This document shows, one piece after another, positions 30,268 to 38,853 of a stretch of 64,000 nt of DNA. The translations under genes and the position numbers were made by a program. The number at the start of each line of letters is the position of its first letter. Position 1 is the first letter of the stretch. Source of the stretch: Candidatus Latescibacterota bacterium (GTDB lineage Bacteria; Latescibacterota; UBA2968; GCA-2709665). The notes below the pieces were generated by a model. The model was not told where the DNA came from and did not search any database. It saw only the letters and a program-made list of their open reading frames with translations. The DNA is taken from positions 5,152,001-5,216,000 of the forward strand of contig OZ220733.1 of the NCBI GenBank assembly GCA_965116875.1. The letters are read 5' to 3'.

Positions 30268-31658
30268 TCATCTACACCCCACACAATGGCGTCCTGAATC
30301 TCGTTCATTTTGTTGATCGTCTCGTCGAAACTGCGTACCTCAATGCCCAGTTCCGGATCTATACTCGCCGGCTCAAGTGAAGGATGGCGGCTTCTCCGGC
30401 GTCTGCCTTCCAGCTTCATCAACGCTTTTTGCGCTACGTAAACCCTGATTTTACCAGTGTGGAGGAGTTCTTCGCGATTGTACCCTTCCCGTTGCGCGAT
30501 CTTCTTCAGATAGGACTTGTCCTGATTCAGCATGATCAGCGTATTGAGCTCCTTCACGATATAGTCGCTGTGGGACGTCACGAAGACGCGGATACCCAGA
30601 TTCACCAGACGCGCGAAGAGGCGCGCGACTCGGCGCTGGTTTGCCGGATGCAGGTTTAGTTCCGGTTCATCCACCATCAACAGGTCACCCGGTTTGGCGA
30701 CATGGCGCAGATAGTATCCAATGTCCAAGAGGGAGCGTACCGCACTGGAACTCTCGTCCATTGTCAGCTTAATTTGCTTTCGTGCAGGCTTGAAATAGAT
30801 CGTGTCATTACTTCCCACGATGTATTCGCCACCCATGATATCCGCGAAGTCATCCAGGATATGCGGATGATTTTCGACAAGATAGCTGTCTCTCTTCGCA
30901 ACCTCCTCAAGTTTGCCAATAAAATCCACGTTGTCTTTGACCGGCAAGGGATAGTCCTGGTAAGACTTTGACATCAATGCCGTCGGGTTAATGTCTCTTT
31001 CCACTCTACTCATTTCCTCCAGCAAACGGTTCCGGGAAAAATTCAACTCCTTACGGAAAATTGCCGCGCCGGTGCGCTCTGTGCTGGCGATAAAAGGACG
31101 GGGGAAAAACCGGTCGAAGAGTAATTCAACAATCCCGTCCGATATGACTTTTTCGATCAAACTTTCGGGCAACCCGCCTCTCCGTTTTTCCATCAACAGA
31201 GAAACCACTACTTCGCTTCCTCCACCAACCTTCGACAATGAAATAAGATCGTCATCCGCAGATCGCTTTGTGAGCTCAAAAGCACGATCCTTAATTGAAG
31301 ATTTCTTTTCCGTTTCTATAAAAACCTGAAATTTCGTGTCCGTGAAACGACTAGGTTTCGATGCGAAGATTCTCGGAAGATGTCGCGTGAATTCCTCGCA
31401 TCCCTTTCTTAGGATATGTTTCGCCTGTTCTGCATAGGTATCAACATCAAGGCGCGTTACACCATCCCTCAGCAATTCCTGGATTGCACTGTCGTGGACT
31501 CCAGCTTTTAGATGACGTCTCCAGTGCGACAAGAAACCGAACAGGGCATAGGTAGCATAGGTCTTTCCCGTATTGTTGCCGCCACAAATCAGCGTCAACT
31601 CGCCCAGTTCAAATTCCGCCCTTTTAAGAATGCCTAAGTTTTCGACCTGTAATTTCAT
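30264..31658 (-). CDS. ABC-type/AAA_21-like defence ATPase
   Basis: VENLGIL, Walker A GGNNTGKT, degenerate signature SSSAVRS, Walker B MVDEPELNLHP, H-loop TSHSDY; start ATG 31658. Confidence 0.88.
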   Translation of the reverse strand: MKLQVENLGILKRAEFELGELTLICGGNNTGKTYATYALFGFLSHWRRHLKAGVHDSAIQELLRDGVTRLDVDTYAEQAKHILRKGCEEFTRHLPRIFASKPSRFTDTKFQVFIETEKKSSIKDRAFELTKRSADDDLISLSKVGGGSEVVVSLLMEKRRGGLPESLIEKVISDGIVELLFDRFFPRPFIASTERTGAAIFRKELNFSRNRLLEEMSRVERDINPTALMSKSYQDYPLPVKDNVDFIGKLEEVAKRDSYLVENHPHILDDFADIMGGEYIVGSNDTIYFKPARKQIKLTMDESSSAVRSLLDIGYYLRHVAKPGDLLMVDEPELNLHPANQRRVARLFARLVNLGIRVFVTSHSDYIVKELNTLIMLNQDKSYLKKIAQREGYNREELLHTGKIRVYVAQKALMKLEGRRRRSRHPSLEPASIDPELGIEVRSFDETINKMNEIQDAIVWGVDE

Positions 31659-31850
31659 GTCTTCACCTGTATTGTTGCGAAATCTTCCTTTGTCTGGCCG
31701 AACAGCGCGTAAATCAGCGAAATCGATCGCTGGATTTGCGGGTCTAACAGTCGGAATAAGGCTAATCGCGCCGATGGATGCGATGCCCGAAAGCAACGCT
31801 TTTTGTACGATGGCTTCCACAACGGCTTGAGCTTGGTTATTCCATCGTAA
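31655..31850 (-). pseudogene. Decayed duplicate of the MTase C-terminal tail
   Basis: With one frameshift it reads ...RPANPAID/SLIYALFGQTKEDFATIQVKT*, compared with the MTase ...RRADP...EIDRLVYVLYGLTQ*EVAAII. Confidence 0.5.
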
Positions 31851-31865
31851 ATTACAAAAGCTTGC

Positions 31866-32330
31866 TCAATCGCGCTGGGTATCGTATTGCGTAATTTGGT
31901 CTTTAATCGGACGAAATCTGGGATGTTCTTCAGGCCTGACATATCGCCAGGACTGCGGGACGACGAAATTCGGGAATTGGGTCCTCAGTTCGTTCAGGCC
32001 AACCGGGATCTTGTATTCCCAAACATTGGTGATTTTCAAAGCATAAGCAATTGCGCGCCCTGCGTAATAGGTGTCAAAATCTCGTTTTTTAACACCTGCT
32101 AGTGCGGACACTTGTTTCCAAACCTCCTCAGGTGGCCCACTCCACACGTGTCCAACGCGAAATCCTCCTCGGAGTTGCCTGACCGGGCTGGAAACGTAAA
32201 TAAACACGTCACGATTCTCTATATATGGAGTGATGCGTCGTCTAAGTTCAGCCTCTTTAAGACCCTCAAAAACCAGGTTTGCGTAGCATGGCTTCAAGGA
32301 AAAGAGTAAAGGTGCTGTTGTCACGTTCAT
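31866..32330 (-). CDS. ASCH/PUA-like domain protein
   Basis: LLFSLKPCYANLVFEGLKEAELRR (GxKxxExR), IYVSSPV, FDTYYAG...AYALKI, PQSWRY. Confidence 0.88.
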   Translation of the reverse strand: MNVTTAPLLFSLKPCYANLVFEGLKEAELRRRITPYIENRDVFIYVSSPVRQLRGGFRVGHVWSGPPEEVWKQVSALAGVKKRDFDTYYAGRAIAYALKITNVWEYKIPVGLNELRTQFPNFVVPQSWRYVRPEEHPRFRPIKDQITQYDTQRD

Positions 32331-34342
32331 GATTGATCTGGATATCCAAGTTGTAGTAATTCGCGGAATATTGCCGTTGGCACAATTGAGGGAGATTGCA
32401 ACGTTAGCCCGATTTCACTTTTTTCGAAGACATCTCGCAACTTATCCAGTGAGACCGGTTCTCGAAAAAGGAATGTGTGCGAAAAACTCAGCGCCATTAT
32501 CTCTCTTGATGGATCACCGCGACACATGTCCCAAAGGTCTTTCCATTCCAGTATCCCGATTTTTTTGAATTTTTTAAAGAGTGCTTTTGGGATATCTATC
32601 TCGACGGCGTCAAGGTGGGATACTGCTACAATCTCCCTTACGTTTCCGCTGACGTACCACAGAATCCGAGCAGGTGGATTGAGTATGTTGTGATGTGTTT
32701 TTCGTCGGTAATACACGTTATCCCAACGCAACAATACACTCTTCTTACCCCCGAAGAGATCGTTGGCCGATTGGTGGCGATCAAAAAGGCTGATGGCGTA
32801 ACCAGGTCGAATTGGTATCAAGAAATGACCCTGATTCGCGACCAAGTTCAGTGGTGAGCAATGTCGTTCAATTTCGAAATCTGACATATTCTGATAATTA
32901 CTTGTGGATTCGGGAGACAATTCCGAAATCGCACCTAATGCCTCTTCGCGATCAAGACAATGTGAAAAGCAGAATCTCACATAGCTGTCGTTACATTTGG
33001 TAAATCCCATCTCCAAGAGGTCCGTCGCCAATCTGGTCGCGACGGCGGTTGCCTCGAATTTCACCATGTCGAAGTTTTCTCTTACCGCTTTGTAAATAGT
33101 ATCCGCGACCAAAAAACGCTCGAAAAGCAATCGGTTATTGGATCTCACCACCCTACCCAAATGCACAGTAAGTGTCTTATTTGCAACAACCTCAAGAATT
33201 CGAAATCCACACACTTCGTTGCCTGACCATAGAAGCTCGCACTCATAACGAGTAGGGCTTGCAAGAAAATTTCTCACTTTTTCCCGGAACTTGCCTATTC
33301 GTTCCCCTTGGTATAAGAAAGAGGCAAATGGGAACGATGGGAGTTCAGCAGAAGCTAAGCGACGCCATTCAAGACTGAGGCCCGACACGCGAACGGGCAT
33401 ATAGGATTGCTTATCGGAGAGCTCGTGAAATTGAATGACCAACTCGGTAGGTGATAAGACTTTAAGCCCCGTTACATCCGATATGGCATCTCCATTTTGT
33501 AAGAGATGTTGGTCCCGCGTAACGAAAAATTCGATATCTGAGGCGGCTGTCTTTGCCAATTGTCGAATGTCGGATTGTTCACGTGGTGTGCAGCTGCGAA
33601 GAATCTCCTTCAGACGTTCCTCAAAGAGTCCGGCCAGTTGTGCGTCGTGTTCGATTCTGTGAAATCCGTAAACTCTGTTTCGGGATTTTTCACGCTGATC
33701 GGAATCGCTGTGCCGATCAATTTCGACGAACAGTTCATCAGTGATACAAAAGTTGAGGGAACCTGATAGGAAGTCGGAGAGTAAAGCCTTGGATGGCTTT
33801 GTTTCACTACTGTCCGGCTGGTCAAAATGGAAAAAGATCTGGGCATCGATTACGATATCGAGAGTCTCATCGGATGTCTTTACCTGGAAAAGTTCTAATT
33901 GGTCATCGGGTGCCAGCGTGAAGCACCAAAGTGTCAAAACGTGTCCGGCTGCCGAACGGCCAGGCTTCTCACTAATGGGTACAAAGCCCAATTGGGGCCA
34001 CATTTGATGCGCCGGAAAATCTCGACGGCAATGAAGTTTTATTGCCTTTTGCGTGGTTGCTGACTCCTTCAAGGAGTTTACCAGCCGCTTCGCGATACCT
34101 TGACCTCGGTATTGTTCCGCCACGCAAAGTTGGCAAATGCGAAAATAGTCTCGATTGTCTCCATAGAGGAGATATCCGATGAGTTGGTCCCGTTCGTTTT
34201 TCGCCCCAATTACACCCTCTTTACAAAGGTAGTCACGTAGGGCTGCTCTCGTAAGAAAACCAAGCGTCTGACTGCAATGTTTCATTAACTCGTCCACAGC
34301 ATTTAGGTCTTCGGACGTTAGCTTGGAGATTGTCATTTTCAC
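32327..34342 (-). CDS. GNAT acetyltransferase - PIN - (degenerate GNAT-like) - EVE/ASCH-like multidomain protein
   Basis: GNAT QLCVAEQYRGQGIA; PIN IVIDAQIF...DELFVEI...SDIRQL...FFVTRD; C-terminal IPIRPGYA...VYYR...RILWYVSG. Confidence 0.8.
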   Translation of the reverse strand: MKMTISKLTSEDLNAVDELMKHCSQTLGFLTRAALRDYLCKEGVIGAKNERDQLIGYLLYGDNRDYFRICQLCVAEQYRGQGIAKRLVNSLKESATTQKAIKLHCRRDFPAHQMWPQLGFVPISEKPGRSAAGHVLTLWCFTLAPDDQLELFQVKTSDETLDIVIDAQIFFHFDQPDSSETKPSKALLSDFLSGSLNFCITDELFVEIDRHSDSDQREKSRNRVYGFHRIEHDAQLAGLFEERLKEILRSCTPREQSDIRQLAKTAASDIEFFVTRDQHLLQNGDAISDVTGLKVLSPTELVIQFHELSDKQSYMPVRVSGLSLEWRRLASAELPSFPFASFLYQGERIGKFREKVRNFLASPTRYECELLWSGNEVCGFRILEVVANKTLTVHLGRVVRSNNRLLFERFLVADTIYKAVRENFDMVKFEATAVATRLATDLLEMGFTKCNDSYVRFCFSHCLDREEALGAISELSPESTSNYQNMSDFEIERHCSPLNLVANQGHFLIPIRPGYAISLFDRHQSANDLFGGKKSVLLRWDNVYYRRKTHHNILNPPARILWYVSGNVREIVAVSHLDAVEIDIPKALFKKFKKIGILEWKDLWDMCRGDPSREIMALSFSHTFLFREPVSLDKLRDVFEKSEIGLTLQSPSIVPTAIFRELLQLGYPDQS

Positions 34343-34374
34343 ACTCGCCTTTTTTCTATGATCGCCGCAACTTC

Positions 34375-37300
34375 CTACTGCGTCAGCCCATATAGCACAT
34401 ACACTAGCCGGTCTATCTCAGCTTCTTGCTCGCAGGTTTCCGCCAACGGATCGGCGCGTCTGATTGCAAGGATTTGATCGACAAGTTCGATTATCGGCGC
34501 TTGCTGCTCATGTGTCGCGTCGGGAATCGGTAGCTTTTTCCAATCGTCCGGATAGAGATGGATATTGCTGCGGCGATTTGCTCTCAAGAAATCACGAGCG
34601 ACAGTAGAATTCATCACGCCGAGCAAGAATTTCACGGAAAAACGACGCCCAGTTTCTTCAAGTTCTTCCCGCGTAGGTAAATCCGGGCGTCGCGGTCTTT
34701 CATTTCGATAGCGCGTCTGCCTTTTAATCGACCTGTTACGGACGCCGGATAAGCGATGCCAAAGGATAAAGGACCACGCAGAATGATTATGGTAGAGCCT
34801 TTGATCGTCATAAGCAACGCGGAGCTTTTCCATTCCCGCAGCCATATCAACCGAGATCAACTTCTCGCTGACTTCATACATTTCCGGAAACGTTGGACGC
34901 CGAAACAAGGAAGGTGCCCGTTCTGTTCCCCACTCCAGCCACTTATTAGTAGCCGGAAGCCATCTTGCGAGGTGTTTCCCTTCCACAAACGACTTCGGGT
35001 GGCGTTCGTCTCTTGTATCTGAAATCAAATCTCTTAATTCAAATGCACCTTGTGCCTTTTTCTCATCGGCATGGACAACCATCCCCACACTGACATAGCA
35101 AATTTCATCGAGCGTCATCGTTGGCACTGAGTACTGTTGGAAATTATCATCTTCCGGGAAAAAGACGCGATAGGTGAGGTTATCTTGAACGTCAGTTGAT
35201 AATAGATCGACAACTCCAAACTCCGGTTCATGCACCCGGCGTACTGGCTTTTGATGGCTGCCGTCTGCCTTCTGAAACAGATAAGTTATGTTTCGGACGG
35301 CGGCATCGAAAATCTGAATCTTGCTGAAAAAGTCAAGCCGTAGAATTCGACTGTTTTGTAGAAACCATTCCTGAGATTTCTGCGCGTATTTTGAGTGGCA
35401 GTAAGCATCCGAGACGATCATTGTCGTAAATCCGCCGGACTTGAGCAACTGATAGCTCCGCTCAATGAAGGGAACATACAAATCCCACTTTTCCCAGAGA
35501 GTTTCATATAGACTGCTGTCTTCAATTCTCTTACGAAGTTCAAGATGCTGATCGCCTGAATCCGCTCTGACGTAAGGCGGATTCCCAATCACCACGTCGA
35601 ACCCGTTGGCGACCCCAAACATATACTCAGCGTCGAACCAGTCGGCTTTCTCATTCTGGTCGTAGGGATCCCATTGTGCAATTTTGTTCGCATCATCCTT
35701 CGGAAGACCGGCCGATTCTAATTCCACTGCCAATGCCTTACGCAACCTCTTGTCCCCATCTCTACAGGTCAGTTTTTTCAGGCGCGTGGTCGCGTGAAAA
35801 TGCCGCTCGCGGTTTTCCGTCAGTCTCGTTTTCAGTGCCTCAATCTGTTGGCGGAACAAGTCCAGCTGATCGGCTTCCTCGATTCCCAACAGCGTATTCG
35901 CCACCACAAAGCGCGTCTCCAGATTCGGCAACGGCTTGATGCCGAAGTTGTCAGCAGTCTTGTCGGCTTCCTGTTCAATAGCCAACGAAATGAAAAAGCG
36001 CAGCTTGGCAATCTGGCACGCCACCGGCTGGATATCTACTCCAAAAATACTGTTTTGAATGAGATACAGCTTGCGCCCGAAGTCGCCCGAATACCGCTCA
36101 AAGGTCTCGCTGATCTCCAGCAACTCGGCGTCCCGCTCTTGCTTATCTTTGGTCTCAAATGCCTCGTCCGCTCGATGTCTGGCGCGTTCCTTTTGTAACG
36201 CTTCCCATCGCTTATTGCCAGGGTCAAGCCGTCTCAAGGCGAGGGTTAGCTTGTGCAGTATGCCCATTGGAAACGCGCCCGAACCAACGGCGGGATCGAG
36301 CACCTTGAGATCGGCAATTGCGCGTACGATGCTTTCTTTTGCCGGATCGTCAAACAACACATCGACGTCATTGAATTCATCCGTGTAATCCAGCAACCAG
36401 CGCAAACTCGTATCCCAATCATCGGCGTTTCCATTTTTCGGCAGACACTTCTGCTTCAGTGTCGCCACCAGCGCCTCATCCACCATGTAATCCACGACGA
36501 TGCGAGGCGTGTAGTAGGAGCCGGTTTGCTTGCGTACAGTATCCCGAGTTTCAGGGTTGTAGGCAGCCAGCAGGTTCTCGAAAACTTTGCCGAGTAGTTC
36601 AGGATCCAATGCTACTTCTTGCTCTATAGGAGTGTTTTCCTCGACCGTGAACTTGTAGTGGTTGAGTAGAGTAAACAGTCCATATTCATCATCAAAGAAC
36701 AGCGCGTCCGGGACGTTCAGTTCCCGCCAGGCGTCACGACGTGCTTGTGCGGCGCGAGGGCCATCTTTGGGATCCGGGTCGCTGAACATGTCGATGCGTT
36801 TGCCACCCGCGCTCCTCGACTCTTCGTCATCGAGACAGTCAAACAGGCCGCCGTTGATGAATGGCGTCTGTTTCATCAAGCCTTCAAACCGCTCTAAGTC
36901 GCGAATGAGTGATTTGTAGCGATAACGTGAAAACACTCTGTGGCTGGGCTCTCTCCGGCTACTGAAACCACGCGAATCCATCTCCGTGTTGAGGGTCGCG
37001 AAAAAGAGATTCTGCAAGACAGCACGGTAGTAGTCGGAGCCACCGAGTTTACTCAACAACTCCTCCATCTCGGCTTGTACGAACCATTCTTCCTGGACCA
37101 ATCCCTTTTCCTTTATGAACCAGACGAATAAAATACGTGTAATCAAACGGATTACCTGTTGCTCCGCCGGAACGCTCTTGGGGAATTTTGCATCCTTAAC
37201 CGCCCGCTCAAACCAATCGAAGAGTTCGCGGTAGAATTGCCGGTTGAGTTCCTCGGTGTCCAGTTTGTCCAACCAGGCAACCAGAAGGCCGTCGAAATTG

Positions 37301-37932
37301 TGTGGCTTGTTGTGGCGATCCATCCATATAGCGCATTTGGCCAGTGAAAGATCAGACAAAATGTCCAGATGGGCGCGATGTGGATTATTCGGTGCAATCT
37401 CACGTATCAAAGAAACCTTGCCCAATACATCACGCGCCGGGTCGCGCTTGTGCTCTCGGCGGTGAACAAAGGCAAGAGTCAGCAGATCGGATGTTGTGCG
37501 GAAGAGAACGACGGAGGGTTGATTTAGGCGTTTGTTGATCTCGCGAGTTAATCGTGCGTATTGTCCTCGAGTGCAGGTCGCTTCCTTGAGTTCAACGGCA
37601 AAGTATACGAAGCTTTTCTGATGTCCTTTGTCAAAGGAAGCGGAATCAAATTTAATCGAGGGCTGGGTGCTGGAGGCGATCTCGTCGCTTGTCACCTGAA
37701 AAATTAACTTCACGGATTGCGTTTGTTCGCGAAACTCCTCTTCGGTCCTTGTGTTTTTATTTTGTGCTGGAAATTCACGAATAAAGTCATCCACACTTCC
37801 TGATAATTCCTGGGTGCGCTCGCTTTGATAACCCAGCGCCTCGAGCACGCGATTCGCGGCTACACCAAAGTCGTCACCGGGAATCGTCTTCAGTGCCGAT
37901 TGAATATCCTCTCTAACTTCCGGCTTTTTCAT
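34375..37932 (-). CDS. Eco57I/Type IIG-like R-M protein: N-terminal domain, N6-adenine MTase, TaqI-like TRD
   Basis: PFINGGLF, DPELLGKVFENLL, GSYYTPR, motif I LDPAVGSGAF, motif IV VIGNPPY, LLGVMNS, KLPIP. Confidence 0.92.
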   Translation of the reverse strand: MKKPEVREDIQSALKTIPGDDFGVAANRVLEALGYQSERTQELSGSVDDFIREFPAQNKNTRTEEEFREQTQSVKLIFQVTSDEIASSTQPSIKFDSASFDKGHQKSFVYFAVELKEATCTRGQYARLTREINKRLNQPSVVLFRTTSDLLTLAFVHRREHKRDPARDVLGKVSLIREIAPNNPHRAHLDILSDLSLAKCAIWMDRHNKPHNFDGLLVAWLDKLDTEELNRQFYRELFDWFERAVKDAKFPKSVPAEQQVIRLITRILFVWFIKEKGLVQEEWFVQAEMEELLSKLGGSDYYRAVLQNLFFATLNTEMDSRGFSSRREPSHRVFSRYRYKSLIRDLERFEGLMKQTPFINGGLFDCLDDEESRSAGGKRIDMFSDPDPKDGPRAAQARRDAWRELNVPDALFFDDEYGLFTLLNHYKFTVEENTPIEQEVALDPELLGKVFENLLAAYNPETRDTVRKQTGSYYTPRIVVDYMVDEALVATLKQKCLPKNGNADDWDTSLRWLLDYTDEFNDVDVLFDDPAKESIVRAIADLKVLDPAVGSGAFPMGILHKLTLALRRLDPGNKRWEALQKERARHRADEAFETKDKQERDAELLEISETFERYSGDFGRKLYLIQNSIFGVDIQPVACQIAKLRFFISLAIEQEADKTADNFGIKPLPNLETRFVVANTLLGIEEADQLDLFRQQIEALKTRLTENRERHFHATTRLKKLTCRDGDKRLRKALAVELESAGLPKDDANKIAQWDPYDQNEKADWFDAEYMFGVANGFDVVIGNPPYVRADSGDQHLELRKRIEDSSLYETLWEKWDLYVPFIERSYQLLKSGGFTTMIVSDAYCHSKYAQKSQEWFLQNSRILRLDFFSKIQIFDAAVRNITYLFQKADGSHQKPVRRVHEPEFGVVDLLSTDVQDNLTYRVFFPEDDNFQQYSVPTMTLDEICYVSVGMVVHADEKKAQGAFELRDLISDTRDERHPKSFVEGKHLARWLPATNKWLEWGTERAPSLFRRPTFPEMYEVSEKLISVDMAAGMEKLRVAYDDQRLYHNHSAWSFILWHRLSGVRNRSIKRQTRYRNERPRRPDLPTREELEETGRRFSVKFLLGVMNSTVARDFLRANRRSNIHLYPDDWKKLPIPDATHEQQAPIIELVDQILAIRRADPLAETCEQEAEIDRLVYVLYGLTQ

Positions 37933-38159
37933 CGTCAATCTTTCTGTGACGCTCGTACCCGTCTGGGGACGAGAGCGATCATGGAGGAAACGAGATTCGA
38001 ATGGCCTGGGTCACATGCGCAGATACACACTTTCTTGCGAACATGTGGTTCCTGCAGAGATGCCCAGCATTCGTCTACAGCATCCAAGCTTATTTCGAGA
38101 TCTCCCTGAACTCCGTTGAAATTCTATCAAATGACCGTCAAATGGAGTAGAAATCTCTA

Positions 38160-38195
38160 ACTTATTGCAAATAAGTATATTATTTCGAATATAAT
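38160..38195. promoter_or_regulatory. AT-rich operator-like palindromes in the sigma-MTase spacer
   Basis: ACTTATT-GCA-AATAAGT (38160-38176) followed by near-palindromic ATTATTTCGAATATAAT. Confidence 0.4.
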
Positions 38196-38853
38196 GGAAA
38201 TCGTGATCCAAGAACTACCACTTCTGTCAATTAACCATCAATTTAGATTCATTGCCATTGCTGTCTAAGAACCGCGGGATTCCTGGAGAAGAGGATCGAG
38301 AGGTGGATTCGATTCGCGATGTTGTACGGGTTTGACGCGGATAACGGAAACCAGGTTGCCATCGGTCGGTGTTTGTTGCAACGCACGTCATTCCGAGCGG
38401 TGTCGAAGCATCTTTCGCTGCTTCCGTCCCGCGCTGGGGGCGGACGTGCTGCCTCTCAGGTATCGAAACGTGCAAAACGCACCAGAATTATTCCATGCTG
38501 CAGTAGATCCTTCGTCGGCCTGCTCTACATGTCAGTCTGCTCTTACGTGTAATGGAGGTGTTTCGCCGACGTCGTACGCAGGCCTCCTCTGGATGACAGT
38601 TTTCGCGAAGGTGTGGGCATCGCGTTTCGCCAATGGCTGGGGACGAATATTCATCCGTATATTTCGTGCACTTTCGCGACTTTCGTAGTGAATCAAACCG
38701 TTTATTGGACAGGTGTGAATCATCGCCGAAACGCCATGTACTTCGCACGTCTGCCTCCGTGAACTAATGCGCCTGCGAAGTCACCATCGCAGGGTTTCTG
38801 TCACTACATCCTTGAATTGATCCCACGGACGATATACCCTGCGACGCAGAGTG

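Noticed and set aside
31659-31942. N-terminal extension of the ATPase ORF, or a 95-aa ORF at 31655-31942
   Set aside because: The ATPase motifs begin at ATG 31658; the upstream sequence is better explained as the ASCH end plus a decayed MTase tail.
37939-38853. Retron msr-msd or 6S RNA in the spacer
   Set aside because: No reverse transcriptase is present, and I could not see long a1/a2 repeats or a 6S-like rod by eye. The region is kept only as an unexplained spacer.
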